Shown in pieces: positions 1-21,115 of a stretch of 64,000 nt of DNA. The position numbers were made by a program, and so were the translations under genes. Within the stretch, counting starts at the first letter, position 1; each line of letters begins with the position of its first letter. The DNA lies in assembly GCA_013239625.1 (NCBI GenBank), contig MU054338.1, positions 6,054,724-6,118,723 of the forward strand, read 5' to 3'. This DNA is from Lama guanicoe. Taxonomy: Eukaryota. The notes beneath the pieces were generated by a model. It saw only the letters and a program-made list of their open reading frames with translations, did not search any database and had not been told where the DNA came from.

Positions 1-721
1 TCTCTGCCACCTAGAGTTTGTTCACTGCAGCCAAGAGCAGGGATGGTAAGAGGCAGCCTTCCTCTTAGGCTGGCAAAGGTAGGTGAGGTAGGCAGAGGCC
101 TGGAGACCCCATAAAGTCTCAGCCACCCCTCACCTTTCAAAGGCACCACAGGGATTAGTGGGGGAAGGAGCAGCCAGGCACATGCATCCATAGGGTCTCT
201 CCAAGGCTCTGAAATTTCCTGTGCTCTTGTTTGAAACATTCCTATGAAAGCAATTCATATTCTTTGTGGAAGGTCTGGAAAATACGGAAGAATCTACAAC
301 ACAAAGTAAAACCCCCATCAACCCACCACCGCCCAGACACAGCTGCTGTCAACACTTCTTCTTTCCTTCCATTTTTTTTTTGTAATGCGGAAAATAATAT
401 GTAGTTTTCAATTCTGGCGACACCAAGCTGATGGAATTTGCTGTGCTGCCTTATTTTATTTTTAAAAGCATTTAGGCAGCCCTGACTATGGGCCAGGGCA
501 TCATTTGATGCCCATTTCATATTTTAATTCATTTATACCTCCAGGGCCCCAATGAGGTGGGTGGTGTTTTTAACCCTCATTTTACAGATGAGGAAACTGA
601 GGCACAGGGAGATAAAGGAATTTGCCCACAGTTCTCAAAGCCAGGATTTAAACTCTTTGATTTCTTTGATTTAACATTATGCCAGGGAAATTTCTTCTTA
701 ATTTTTTTTCCTTAATTTTCT

Positions 722-847
722 TTTTGTGAAGGGGAGGAGGTAATTAGGTTTACTTACTTATTTTTTTTTAGAGGAGGTACTGGGGTTTGAACCCAGGGCC
801 TTGTGCATGCTAAGCGTGTGCTCTATCACTTGAACTATACCTTCCCC
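722..847 (-). mobile_element. tRNA-derived SINE (Vic-1-like, camelid type)
   Basis: Reverse of GGGGAAGGTATAGTTCAAGTGATAGAGCAC...GGGTTCAAACCCCAGTACCTCC...AAACCTAATTACCTCC with an A tail. Confidence 0.85.
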
Positions 848-2289
848 GCCTTAATTCTTCTTAATTGCTTTACACACCATCTCCCGTGGACTCTCTCCCT
901 TCCTGCACTGGTTGGCCAAGTGATTTAAATTTTTAAAATTTTCTTTTTGTACTTAAGGAGCCCAAACCTGAGTTAATCTAATTCTTTGGCTGGTGGCAGC
1001 TAGCCCCAATGGGCTGCATGTGGCACCTGTCTTATTTTGCTTTAATTCTTTTTCCAACTTCGTCCTCCATCTTTATTGCTGAAGGTTGACAAACATTTTC
1101 AGCTTTGCAAGGCATCTGATCTCTATTGCAGTGACTCAGTTCTTCCCCACCCTCCCCACCACCTCCAGCTTTACTGCGATATGTTTAATATACAGAAAAT
1201 TGCACATTTTTAATATATACATTTTGATGAATTTGGTGCCTCCGTTCTGCCTTTGTAACATGTAAGCAGACATAGACAATATATAAATGAACGAGCATGG
1301 TTATGTGCCAATAAAACTCTATGGGCAGACACTGAAATTTTTATTTCATACGGTTTTCACATGTCCCAAAGAGATTCCTTCTTTTCATTTTTTTGCAGCC
1401 ATTTCAAAATATAAAAACTGCCCACAGGCTGTGGTTCACCACCCTCTGCTCAATCACACCCCGCCCTCCCCACTGTAATATCATTCCTTGCAACCCACCT
1501 TCCAGAAGCTATATAGATATCTTAGTATTCTTAAAAAATATGCCCTGTGCCTGTTTAATTTCCTAAAATGGTATTGTGCTTTAGTTTAGGGGAAAAAAAA
1601 ATCTCATTCTGTTTCCTATTTTTTTCTTCCCTACACACTGTTTTCGAATTCTCCACCCTGATGTTTATAAATCTGGTTTGTCTCTTTTAATGACTGTGTA
1701 GCTTTCCGCCCTAGGTATGTGTTCTTTCTCATCTGATCCCCCCCTTGGTGGGCACCTAGGTTACTTCCAGCTCCTGGCTGCCGTGAACAGTGCTGGTACT
1801 ATCATTGTCTGCTCCTTCCCAAGGGATTGCTGGGTCACAGAGAATTCAATTCATTCCAGATTTTGTCTGGTCTTCTCTGGAAAAGGTCTTCCTGTCCACG
1901 CTCCCAGCAGCCATGCTTTGGTCTGAGGTGCCCATTTCCTCACATCCCTACTAACATATAGTTTTACCTGTCTTTCTAAATTTTTGTCCATCTTAAGCTG
2001 GTGCCAAGTGGTGTCTTCTTGTTTTAATTTGCATTCCTTTGGGGAAGGGACCTGGGGCGTCAGGGGGGACACAGACAGCATCCCCAGAGTGGGATGCTGC
2101 GGTAACCACTCTCAAAGGAGACGCCACCGGGGAAACAGAATAAAGGAAAATTAGCATTCCTTTGATTTCTGGTGAGATGGGGCACCACCATGTATGTTTA
2201 ATAAGAATCCTCTGTGAATCACTTACTTGTAGTCATTGTCCATTTTGCTTTGGGCAATTTTGAGATATACCTGGCATATTCCAGAATAG

Positions 2290-2702
2290 GGGTTGTCAAA
2301 CTATAGCAGGCAGGCCAAATCCAGCCCACTGCCTGTTTTTATATACCCTGTGAGCTCAGAATGGTTTTTATGTTTTTATTTATTTTTATTTTTAATGGAG
2401 TTACTGGGGATTGAATCCAGGACCTCGTTTATGCTAAGCACGTACTCTGCCACTGAGCTATACCTACTCCCACCCTCGGTTTTTATGTTTTTAAATGGTT
2501 GAACAATGTGAAAAGAAGAATAACATTGTGCAATTATGAACAAAATTATATGAAATTCAAATTTATGAGAACACAGCCACACCCATTCATTTAATATGTA
2601 CTGTCGAGGGCTGCTTTTTCTCTATTTGGGAACTTATGGTCCACTTGGCCAAAAATATTTACTCTATCTGGCCTCTTACAGAAAAATTTTGTTGACTCCT
2701 GT
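2290..2702. mobile_element. MER58-like hAT DNA transposon interrupted by a SINE (2378-2476)
   Basis: GGGGTTGTCAAACT...GGCCAAATCCAGCCC start and TTTGTTGACTCCTG end; the SINE is flanked by TSD GGTTTTTATGTTTTTA. Confidence 0.75.
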
Positions 2703-2874
2703 TCTAGGAGATAATTCCTTGCCTGTTTTTGGCGTTATGACTGTCTTCCCACAGCTTGTATCCTTCTGTCAATTAATTTTGCCTAGGAGTCCTTTTTTTT
2801 TTAAACCAAATAGAAATCTTCATGTTGAAATAGTTAAACTCATCATATTTTTCTTTTTTTTAATTTTAATTTTT

Positions 2875-5480
2875 TTCTACTTGTGAGATATAATTGACAT
2901 AACATGATATTAGTTTAAGGTGTACAAATTACTAATTTGATATATGTGTATATTGCAAAATGATTACCACAGTAAGTTTAATTAACATCTATCACCTCAC
3001 AGAGTTACAGTTTTTTTTCCTGTGGTGAGAACTTTTAAGATCTACTCTCTTCGCAGCTTTCAAATACACAGTACAGTCATCATGCTGTACATTAATATCC
3101 CCAGGACTTATTTGCAAGCAGACCTCAGAGATATTGTGGGTTTGGTTCCAGACCCCTGCAGTATAAAACAAGTCACACACTTTTTTGGTGCATATGAAAG
3201 CTGTGTTTACACTGTAGTGTAGTCTATTATGTGTGTGGTAGAATTATGTCTAAAAAAAGTACACATCTTAATTAAAAAATAGTTCATTGCTAAAAACCGC
3301 TAACCATCAGCTGAGCCTTCAGCAAGTCCTAGTCTTTTTGCAATAGTAACATCAAAGATCACTGATTACAGATCACTGTAACAACTAAAATAATAATGAA
3401 AATGTTTGAATTATTGTGAGAATTACCAAAACGTGACACAGAGACATGGAGTGAACAAACACTTGGAAAAATGGTGCTGGTAGGTTTGCTCAATGCAGGG
3501 GTGCCACAAACCTTCAATTTGTAAAAAAATGCAATATCTGCAAAATGCAGTAAAGGTAGCCCAATAAAAGAAAGTGTTCCTGTATCTTATACCTGGAGGC
3601 TTGTACCTTTGGACCACCTTCCCCCGTCCTAGCCATCCCCCACCTCTGGCAGCCGCCAATCTGTTCTCTCTGTATCTTGAGTTCGGTTTCTTTTGATTCC
3701 ACATTTAAGTGAGATCGCCTCGTACTTTCTACATGTGGTTTGTGCTTAGAGGACTTTTTTTCTTATTTGAAGTATAGTCAGTTACAGTGTGTCAGTTTCT
3801 GGTGTACAGCACAGTGTCCCAGTCATGCATATAAATATATTCATTTTCATATTCTTTTTTATTAAAGGTTATTACAAGATATTCAGTATAGTTCCCTGTG
3901 CCATACAGAAGAAATTTGTTTTTTAACTTTTTATATATAGTGGTTAACATTTGCAAATGCTTAAGGGACTTTTTAAAGTGGTCTTTCCCTTTCTTGAGGC
4001 CCCCAATATTCTGCTACATTGTCTTCCTGTCGCTTTGTAGTTGAGCCTTCATACTAATCCTTCAGAGGTTTTTTTATAAGAAAATGTTTTATTGACGTAT
4101 AGTTGATTTACAATGTTGTATTAGTTTCTGGTGTACAGCATAGTGATTCAGTTATACATATATGTATATATACATATTCTTTTTCATATTGTCTTTTGTT
4201 ATAGGTTATTATAAGATATTGAATATAGTTCCCTGTGCTGTACCATAGGACTTTGTTGTTTATCTATTTTATATGTAATAGTTTATTTGATTAATCCCAA
4301 GCTTCTAATTTATCCCTACCCTCCTTTCCCCTTTAGAAACCGTAAGTTTGTTTTCCATGTTCATGAGTCTATTTCTGGTTTGAAAATAAGTTTATTTGTC
4401 TCATTTTTTTAGAGTGCACATAAAAGTGACCTCATATGATATTAGTCTTCCTCTGTCTGACTTACTTCACTTAGTATGATAATCTCTAGGTCCATTCATT
4501 TTGCTACAAATGACATTAATTATTTTTATGGCTGAGTAGTATTCCATTGTGTGTGTGTGTGTGTGTGTGTGTACAATTTCTTTATCCAATCATCTGTCGA
4601 TGGACATTTAGGTTGCTTCCATGTCTTGGCTACAGTATATCATGCTGCTATGAATACTGGGGTGCATGTATCTTTGAATTGGAGTTTTCTCTAGATATAT
4701 ATGCCTTGGAGTGGGATTGCTGAGTTGGACTTTAGTTCTTTTTTTTAAATGCATACACACATATATATATTTTTTTCAAATTCTTTACCATTATAGCTCA
4801 TTACAAGAAATTAAATATAGTTCCCTGTGCTATACAGTAGGTCCTTGTTGTTTATCTGTTTTATATATAGTAATGTGTACCTATCAATACCAAACTCCTA
4901 ATCTGTCCCTCCCCCCCAACCCCGGATTTTAGTTCTTATATATAAATTTTGATAACAGTTTACCCTGTCTCCCGGTGGAATAACAATAATAACTATTATC
5001 AGTTTCATTATTGTTATTGTTATTTCAGTATTGCAGTGCCTGACCTTGAACTTCTCAAGCTGGAAGGCACCATCCAAGCTTTTGAGGGGGTGGGGCCTGC
5101 TTCCCCCCGGGCAGGACTGGCCAGGAGGCTGCTCGACTTCACTTTTTTTTTTTTCACTTTTTAAAAAATTGTGGTAATATACATATAACATAAAACTTAC
5201 TTTCTTAAGCATTTTTAAGTGTCCGGTTCAGTGTTAATAAGCACATTCACATTGTTGTACGTCCATCCCCACCATCCATCTCCAGAACTTTCCCATCTTC
5301 CCAAACTGAAACTCTTGCCCCAGTCACCACCAACTCCCCACCTCTGGCCCCCATCCCCTGGCAGCCACCAGTCTACTTTGTGTCTCTATGGATTTAACTC
5401 TCCTAGGGACCTCATATAAGTAGGATCATGCAGTATTTGTCCTTTTGTGACTGGCTCCTTTCACTGAGCAGCATGTCACT
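2875..5480 (-). mobile_element. Cluster of 5'-truncated L1 3' ends
   Basis: Repeated L1 3' UTR motifs (atagttccctgtgc, ggcttacttcacttag, gatggacatttaggttg), plus (TG)n at 4548-4572. Confidence 0.8.
3115..3582. mobile_element. Internally deleted Tigger1 derivative (about 470 bp) inserted in an L1 3' UTR
   Basis: Both Tigger1 ends are recognisable (ACCTCAGAGATATTGTGGGTTTGGTTCCAGACC...GCCACAAACCTTCAATTTGTAAAAA...CCTG|TA); the L1 continues on both sides. Confidence 0.8.
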
Positions 5481-6989
5481 CCACCTGATTTTTTGAGCCT
5501 CCCAGGCATTTACATCAGGAGGCTTGAGTTCAGACTGACATTGAGATTGTCAACTGGTCCTTCTGCCTCCTGAGACCTTCCACTTGGCCACACAGTGCCA
5601 CAAATTAGTTTGTTTGTTTGACGTGAATTTATTGACAAGGCTTAGAAAAATAAAAATTAGGAGATTCACATTAAAAGCCGGCGTTGGATCTTGGTTCCCC
5701 TTGGGAGTTGGAGTTCCGGCTCTGGAATCAGCCCAGCCCGGCCCTGCCCTGGGCTGGGACGCCGTCGGAAGTGTTTATGGCCAATGTGTCATCTGTTCAA
5801 TGTGCTTTACTTGTGCTGAGTGTTGACTCCCTGTACTTAGCTCAAGTCAAGCGTCGCCCACGGACTTGAGGAAGTAGTTACTGTCAAAAAAAAGTTAACC
5901 GTTAAAGGGAATTAAAATGAATTGGTCTGCAGAGCCCATGGCTGGTGGCAGGAAGGGGACATCCTGGGGAAGTGGTGACAAGGAAGCCACATATGGCCTG
6001 GGAGGACCTGAGAGGGTTCCGAGACCCAGGCAGCCACTTGAAGTGGTGACTGGGTTTTTGGGATCCCCAGCTGGGGGAGCACCCTTGAGGGCAGGGGTGG
6101 GGGCTGGGTCCCACAAGGTCACATTTGTTCTCAGACCAACTTGGGTGGGCTTTTTCTAATTTTGATAAAGTGTGCACAACATAAAAGTTACCATTTTAAC
6201 CACATTTGAGTATCCAGTTTGGTGGCATTAAGCACGTTCACATTGTTGTGCAGCCATTACCACCATCCATCTCATTTTCATTGGCCCGAATTGAAACTCT
6301 CCCTGGGTGGGGTTTTAATTTTCATTTTCTAATAGTCCTTATTGTTTCTTTTTCATGATTATTAACAGAACACCTGCTTCACTAAGTAAAGAAGGAAGCC
6401 AGATACAAAATGATTATGGCATAAGTCTGCTTCTGTTAAAAAAATTATAATATTAAATCTTATCAAAATACAGTTTACAATTCTCCTGAATTAACAAATT
6501 GTTCTTCAAGTGCTCTTGATGTGCAGCTGTTGCTCTAAGCTCTTTCCCTGACATTACTGTCTTTAGTCTGAACGACTCCGTGATGTAGGAAATGTCATTT
6601 GTCCGAGGCACAGAGAGGTTAAGTGACTTGCCTGAGGTCACACAGCACCTACCGGGACCAGACACAATGCTCAGTATGATGTCGGAGTGGGGGTCACAAG
6701 CCAGGATTACAGGGTCTCATGGTCCTCCCTGATCCTGACCAGCTGTGAGGCAGGAAACAAAGTGTGGTTGGAATTGGATTCTGCCACTTGTTAGCTGGGT
6801 GACCCTCTGTGCCTCAATTTCCTTATTTGTAATAACCCATCTTCTGCACGGGCTGGGAAGACTTGATGAAGAAATGTCAGAGTGAGCCTTCAGGGCACCT
6901 GGTTCTGTGACCCCAGGAGGCAGTTATTATTACTGTTCTTATTTTGCTATTGTTGCCCAGAGTGAGAGCCTCTTTTCGTGTCCCGTCAG

Positions 6990-14408
<7,419 letters not shown>

Positions 14409-16050
14409 CCATGAGGCGGTGGTCCCCAGAGGTGCCTCTCCTCGGGGAAGGGGGTGCCAGGCAGCCCCAGAGTGGAGCCTCGTCCCTCATCCCTCCTTCC
14501 TGGTCCCCTCCCTGGCCAGCCCCCAACCCATCCCCACCAAGGCCCAAGTCTTCAAGGCAAGTGGGTTTTTCTTCTGCTTCCCAGGGGGAGCCCCCAGCAG
14601 TGACAAGACTTCAGCTACAAGCTGGTTTTTCCTAGTACCCCAGTTCAAAGCAGCCGCAACACAGACCAGAGCTAAATTCTTATATAATTGGTGCCAGTGG
14701 CTGATGCTGGGGCGTGGGTTTGTGAAGAACACTGAGAACAATTGACTGGCAATATACGTGGAGGAGGGTGAGAGGGGAAAAATATTGTATTTTTAAATCA
14801 TTGTCAGGGGAGAGGGGAAAAAATCAGGTTATTTGTTGCCAGATTTGAAAGTCACTGGAATTGCACATTTTCCTTTGAATCCTGAATGTTACTACACATG
14901 GATCGGATCGCGTCTGGAGTGGCGTAACGCCCCCTCGTCACACCTCCCCCTCCATTTAATTGTCTGGTATATAATAGCGTCTTGTCCACTCCCACCCGAC
15001 CCCAGACGGCTTTCTTAGTGGAATTTTCTTCTGGTCTCTTCACACAGCAGATCCTGTCCTTATCACCCGGGGTAGGAAATGTAATTGTTTCTTCTGCGTT
15101 CTGCTTGTTGTCACAGCCAGTGTCGCCCCTATTCAGGTGGGGTGGGGGTGGGGGGAGCTCAGGACCCAGCAGCCGAGATGTGCCAGCAGTTCCCATGGAG
15201 AAATTACCCAGCAATCCATCCCCTCCCTGCAGGGGGACCCTGGCAGATACTCATTTTCCTAGAAAAATCCTTCAGACCTGGAGACTCAGGAAATGAATCC
15301 AGTTCCCAGAGTGGCCGCTGCATCCCTGGGCTTGGCACCCCAGTAACGGGGCCATCCTTGTCCTCTCCAGACTCCAGAATTTCTCTCCTCAAAGGAAAAA
15401 AAACAGGGCATGAGACTGTGGCAAAGCATTGGCGCAGGGCCAGCAACGCCATGTGTGCTCCATTAAAAGTTGGCTGCCCCCAAGGGCTCCCAGTGCAAAC
15501 TTAAAGAGACAGGGCTTTGCCGAAAACCAAACAAGGGCCAGCTGGGTTTTTTTGGTTTATTTGGTTTTTTGTTTTTTGTGTGGTTTTTTTTTTTGGTTTT
15601 CAAACAACCTACAGGCTTTCCAGAGCTGCCTGGAACGGAGCCTGCTGGAAATGGGGCTCTCCCAGCACACGCAGTTCCCTGCATGACCTATTTTGTCCTG
15701 AGCATCTCAATGCAGTTTTTTCTCATTCTTTCCTTTTGTGACCAAAAAGAAGGTGGGGACCAGGTTTTGAGTCTCAAAAAGTGCCTTGTGACCAGACAGT
15801 GAGATCCCTAGCTCTTAGGTGTCCTGCCCTCCCTTGTCCAGTTCTCAGCTCGGCCATCAGGGTTGAAGCCAAACCCCAGCAGGACAGAGCAGTCCCTTCG
15901 GCTCTTACATGTTCATTCAGTAAAGCTAAGTGCAGGCTTCTCTTCTAGAAAAGTAGGTTTCCTGGCTTGATAGAGTCCTGCTTGCTTTGATTCTGATGGA
16001 AGGGATGTTACCTAAGACAAAGAGCTTGGATGATGAAAGGAGACATCCCG

Positions 16051-16053
<3 letters not shown>

Positions 16054-16086
<33 letters not shown>
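16054..16086. repeat. (TG)n microsatellite in the KANK2 3' UTR
   Basis: About 16 TG units followed by a CA-rich tract. Confidence 0.95.
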
Positions 16087-16089
<3 letters not shown>

Positions 16090-16509
16090 TGCACGCGCAC
16101 ACACACGTACGCATAAACTGGAGGGGGGACAGAACCCAAGCTGACTGGGGGCGAGCATTAACAGAAGGCCACAGCTCTGGGCAGCTTTGGGAAGTGGTAC
16201 AAGAATTGTGTGCCTGTGTGTCTGGCCCTGGAGCCAGTGGGTGTGTTTCTTTGGAATTCCCAGACGCAGCTCTTTAAACTGCGCCCCCCCCTCCGTAAGT
16301 CCGTATTTATCCCTGTGCTCGCTGGTCCCCCACGCCCATTGCGCTTGGCGTGCCAGTCCACAGGGGTCCTGCCTCTGACCCCGCTCTCTTCTCACGTGTA
16401 CTCATGACCTTGAACTTCACTTTGTGACCACGGTACGTCCATAAAGTCAGTATTACACTTAAATGAAGTATTCCTTTTTGTAATCGTTCTTTAGAAGGTA
16501 AAGGAATTT

Positions 16510-16515
16510 AATAAA
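16510..16515 (+). terminator. KANK2: KANK2 polyadenylation signal (3' UTR about 2.1 kb)
   Basis: AATAAA after a largely repeat-free UTR-like stretch, followed by U/GU-rich sequence. Confidence 0.75.
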
Positions 16516-17171
16516 GCTACCTTATGATAATACCAAAGCATCTGTATCTGGTCTTGTCTCACTGAACTCATCCTGAAGCTTTAAAATCGATCTCTTTTTA
16601 AAAACTGACTTACTTGAACAGTGTTCGACGCTACAGAAAAGTGGCAAGACTATTACAGTAAACTCCCTTACGCTCTGCCCTACACTGGCACTGTCCAAGA
16701 CTGTAGCCACTAGCCACCTGTGGCAATTTCCACTTAAATGTAAATCAACTGTAATTAATTCATGCTCAGCGGCTGCCTGTGGCTGGTGGCTACTGTACTG
16801 GGCTGCAGAGACACAGAGCCGCCACCACTGTGGCAAAAAGTTCTAATCAAACCCACTGTGGACAGCTCAGGAAAATGTGGTCACTGTTTTTTTTTTTTTT
16901 AACTCATGACAAGATCATTTATAGTGATTATAAAACGGCAAAATTTTAAACATACAGCAACATTTGGCATGGTGGAGGGTGCCATGGTCCCTCTTGGTAG
17001 AAATGCCTGCCATTGTCAATACTTTGGAGTATTTCCTGCCAAACCTTTTTCTAATAGGTTGGGTATTAAACTATTAAATTTTCTAACAGGTTGTTTTGCT
17101 GTTGTATTTTTTATTGAGGTATCATAGACATTTTGTGTACAAGTCATGTACAAAAGTATACAGCTCCATGG

Positions 17172-19515
17172 TTTGTTTGTTTTGAGTTTTTTTGATTTTG
17201 TTTTGGAGCGGGGAGGTAATTAGGTTTATTTAGGCTTTTTTAATGGAGGTGCTGGGGATTGAACCCAGGACCCTATGCATGCTAAGCAAGCACTCTACCA
17301 CTGAGCTACCTCACCCGCCAGCTCCATGGATTTTTGGAAAGTGAACCTTTCCACGTCACCAGCACCAGGACAGGGAGTGGAGCATCCTCAGGCACCCTCC
17401 GCCCCACCGAGGCCCCGGGCCACTCTCCCCTCTCCCCTCAAGGGTAGCCGATGATGGATGATTGCTCTCTTGATTATCACTTCCTTGGTTTTTCCTCCAG
17501 ACTGTTCAACCAGGAGATAATGGGGCATTTTCAGACGGTGTAGGAAGTCCCCAACATTTTATGTGAAGTTGTATATTTCTGAGCAGAAGTTCCACTGATC
17601 TTGTCAGTTTTCCAGAAGGGTTTGTAACCCAAGAAAGGGCCTTTTGAAAAATTTTTAAAAAATTGTTTCTCAGGGGAGGGTGTATCTCAGTGGTAGAGCA
17701 CGTGCTTAGCATTAAAATAAAATCTAATTACCGCCCCCAAAAGAAATTGTTTCTCACAAGCAATTACCCAGGACCGTTCCGTCATCTTTGTGACCTTGTT
17801 CAGCTCAGGCTTAAGACCCCATTCGCCACTCCCTTAACTCTGTGTCTCGCTTTGGTTTTTAAAAATATAGCTATGTTTATTTTTGTGGCAAAATATACAT
17901 AACAAAACATTTACCGTCAAAACTATTTTTTTTATTCTTTCAATGGAGGTACTGGGAAATGAACCCAGGACCTCTTGCATGCTAAGCACGTGCTCTACCA
18001 CTGAGCTATACCCTCCCCCCAAAACTATTTTTAACTGTGAAGTTCAGTGGCATTAGGTACATTCACATTGTTGTGCAATCATCACCACCATCGACCTCCA
18101 GAACTCTTTTCATCTTCCCAAAGTGAAACTCTGTCCTCATTAAACATTAACTCTTCAACACCCCCACCCACCCCCACTGATGGCAGCCACCATTCTACTC
18201 TTCATCTCTATGAATTTGACTCCTCTAGGGACCTCTTGTAAGTGGAATCCTGCAGTATTTGTCTTTTTGTGACTGGCTTATTTCACTTAGCATAATATCC
18301 TCAAGATCCATCCATGTTGTACAATATGGCAGTATTTCCTAACTTAAAAAAAGACTGAATAGGGGGTGGGGGTATAGCTCAGTGGTAGTGTGTGTGCTTG
18401 GCATGCACAGGATCCTGGGTAGCTCCATTAAGGGGGGAAATAATGATTAATACAATAAAAATATATGAAAAAGGAAAATTTTTTAGAAAAAGATTGAGTA
18501 ACATTTCACTGTTTGCATTTGTTTATCCATTCATCCATCAATGGACACTTGGTTGCTTCCACCTTTTGGCTGTTGTAAATAATGCTGGGTGTACAAATAT
18601 CTCTTCAAGTCCCAGCTTTCAATGTTGGGGGTCTATACCTAGAAGTAAAATTGTGGGGTCATACGGCCCTTCTATTTTTAGTATTTTAAGTTACAGCTGT
18701 GTTCTTTTCCGTAGCAGCTGTACCAATTTCCATTCCCACCAACCAGTTTCTCCACCTCCTCACCAACAATTGTTATTTTCTGATTAAAAAAAAAATTAGT
18801 AGCCATCCTAATGGCTGGGAGTGGTTTTTGCTTTGTTTTTTGGAAAAGAGGTAAGTGGCCTTTTGGAAGGGAGCATTTATATATCAGGCTGTGGTTGTGA
18901 AATCGGGACGGCCTATAACGGGAACATCCTACCCCAGCTGATAAGAGAGCTATCATTAGCCCATGGCTTAGAAAGGTAAGAACTTGCCAAGGTCACAGGT
19001 TAAAAACTGCAGAGCCAGAAACTGAACCTATGGTCTTATCTCCTCATTTTACTCAGCATTGTACGTTAACCCACTGCCTTTAGGCACAGAGACGGTGAGC
19101 CTGCTACCAAAGGTCACACAGCCAATGGTGACAGAGCAATCTCAGCATCAGATGCTCAGCCATCAGGAGGGTGAGTGATTATGTAAGTGCTGATTCCGGG
19201 GACCCAGCTTCGTACCCAACCACTTTGACATCTGCTAGCCACTCTCAGGCCGGACCAGGGGGCTTCTTAATCTGAAAATCTGAGGATGGCCTTCTGGGGT
19301 CCTGAACCCCCAAACTCTACAAATTCCAAAAATGTGTGGATGTTGGGTACGTTTTTCAAGGAAGATTCTCTCCCATTGCTTTCATTAGATCTCAAGGTCG
19401 GGGGCAGAGGGTAGAGCTCAGTGGTAGAGCATGAGTTTAGCATGCTTGAGGTCCTGGGTGCAATCCCCAGTACATTCAATTAAAAAAAACAACAGAAAGA
19501 AAAGCTTAAAAAAAA
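17172..19515. mobile_element. Cluster of five Vic-1-like SINEs (17172-17318 -, 17673-17743 +, 17930-18019 -, 18362-18480 +, 19400-19515 +) with L1 fragments
   Basis: A/B-box motifs; TSDs CAGCTCCATGG, AAATTGTTTCTCA, CAAAACTATTTT. Confidence 0.85.
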
Positions 19516-19689
19516 AGATTTCAAAGGAATCTGTGACCCAAGGGAGACTAAATATATAAGCCCTAAGGGTGTCCCCAGCTCCGTGACCCCTGTAAAATAT
19601 TAAAACATGAGCAGCCCCAGGGTCTTGGCAAAAACTAGCTCAGGGCAGTAAGCTCTGGGCCTGGGGTTGGGGAGCTATCAGACTCTGGT

Positions 19690-20500
19690 GTTCAGTGGAA
19701 ATCACATTTCCTAACGTCTCTGTTGTAGTTTCTCTCCTCCCTCCTGGGCTGTGCCTTTCCTGTCTCACCAGCTGCTTCTCTTTTCTCCGAAGTCTGCAAT
19801 TGGGGTGGGGTGGGGGTCTCAGAACCTGGCTCTTGGACCTCTTTCTCTCCATACTCACCCCCAGGGCCATCTGGTGGCTGCACTCTGACAATGTCCGGAT
19901 TTCTATTTGCAGCCCAGACTCATATAGCCAAGCAACCATCTTCTTGAAAGTCCCATGTGGCCATGCCCCAGGCACTGGGAGTGTCCCCAGACTTTCCATT
20001 TCATGTAGCCCCTCACCTGCTCCTGGCCACTGGCTCCTGCCCCTTTTGGCCACTAGCACCACCACCACCCAACAGGGCCAAACACCCAGGAGGCATCGTC
20101 CTCTTCCTCATTCTGCACATCCAGTTTTGCTGGCAAATTCTCTTGATTCCAGAAGATGTGGAGCCAATCCACTCTGTAGCTCTTTCCTACTTAAGGCCTT
20201 CCAGTGCCTCCCAATGTACCAGAATAAAGCTTCCAGGACCCCAGTGAAACCACTTGCTCAGTCCTCTCTGGCCATGCCAACCTCCTCACTATTCCTTAAA
20301 GAAATTAAACTACTCTACCTCAAGGGGCCTTTGCACATGCTCTTTCCTCTGCCTTGTCCTTTGTTTCTCAATACGTCTTCCATCACTCAGATCCCAGTTC
20401 ATCTGTCCCCTCCTCAGGGAGTCCATCCCTGACCACCTAACCTAAAGTCATCCCTCCCTAACTCTCCTATGACCCTGCTTTATCGTCCACATGACAGGTC
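19690..20500. mobile_element. L2 LINE fragment
   Basis: Typical degenerate L2 motifs (cagcccagactc..., ggcctttgcacatgct..., ccatccctgaccacc). Confidence 0.6.
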
Positions 20501-20629
20501 TAAAATGATCCCGATCATTTATTTCCTTGTTTATTGGGAGGGCTTGCCACTAGAGCAGTGGCTTTCAATGATTTTTTTTTACATAACCTGTGGCAAGACA
20601 CAAATTTCACAGGTGATCCAGTGATCCAG

Positions 20630-21115
20630 GTGTTATGGCCACATAACAAATTACCCCCGAAATTACTGGCTTTAAACAACAGTATTGAGCATGCTCACAA
20701 ACCTGCAGTTCAACCCGGGCTTGCTGGGAACAGCTCTCTCTCTGCTCCTTTTGATGTAAGCTGGGATGGCTCAAAGGCTGGAGGCTACAATCATCTCAAT
20801 GCTCACTCACTTGCCTGGTGGTTGATGCTGGCTCTGGCTGGGACCTTATGTGGGAGACTCTTCATGTGGCTTGGGCTTCCTCACAACATGGAAGCTGGGC
20901 TCCAAGCACTAGCAACCTAAAATTGAGAGAGGGAACCAGCATCGGGCAAAAATGTATCCTCATTTCTAATCTAGTCACACAGTGTCCCTTCTGCCACATC
21001 TGTTTGTGGCACAAAGTTCAGTCCAAGTTCAAGAGAAGAACTGGAGTCTGCCTCTTGACAGGGAGTGGCAAAGTTGGAACTATTTCTGTAGCCATTTTGG
21101 GGGAAAATACAATAC
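20630..21115 (-). mobile_element. MLT1-type (ERVL-MaLR) LTR
   Basis: ataacaaattacccc..ggctttaaacaac...gtggcttgggcttcctcacaacatgg motifs. Confidence 0.7.

Noticed and set aside
19695..20432. 245-aa ORF
   Set aside because: It lies in an L2-like relic, has no recognisable domain or exon context, and is probably a chance ORF.
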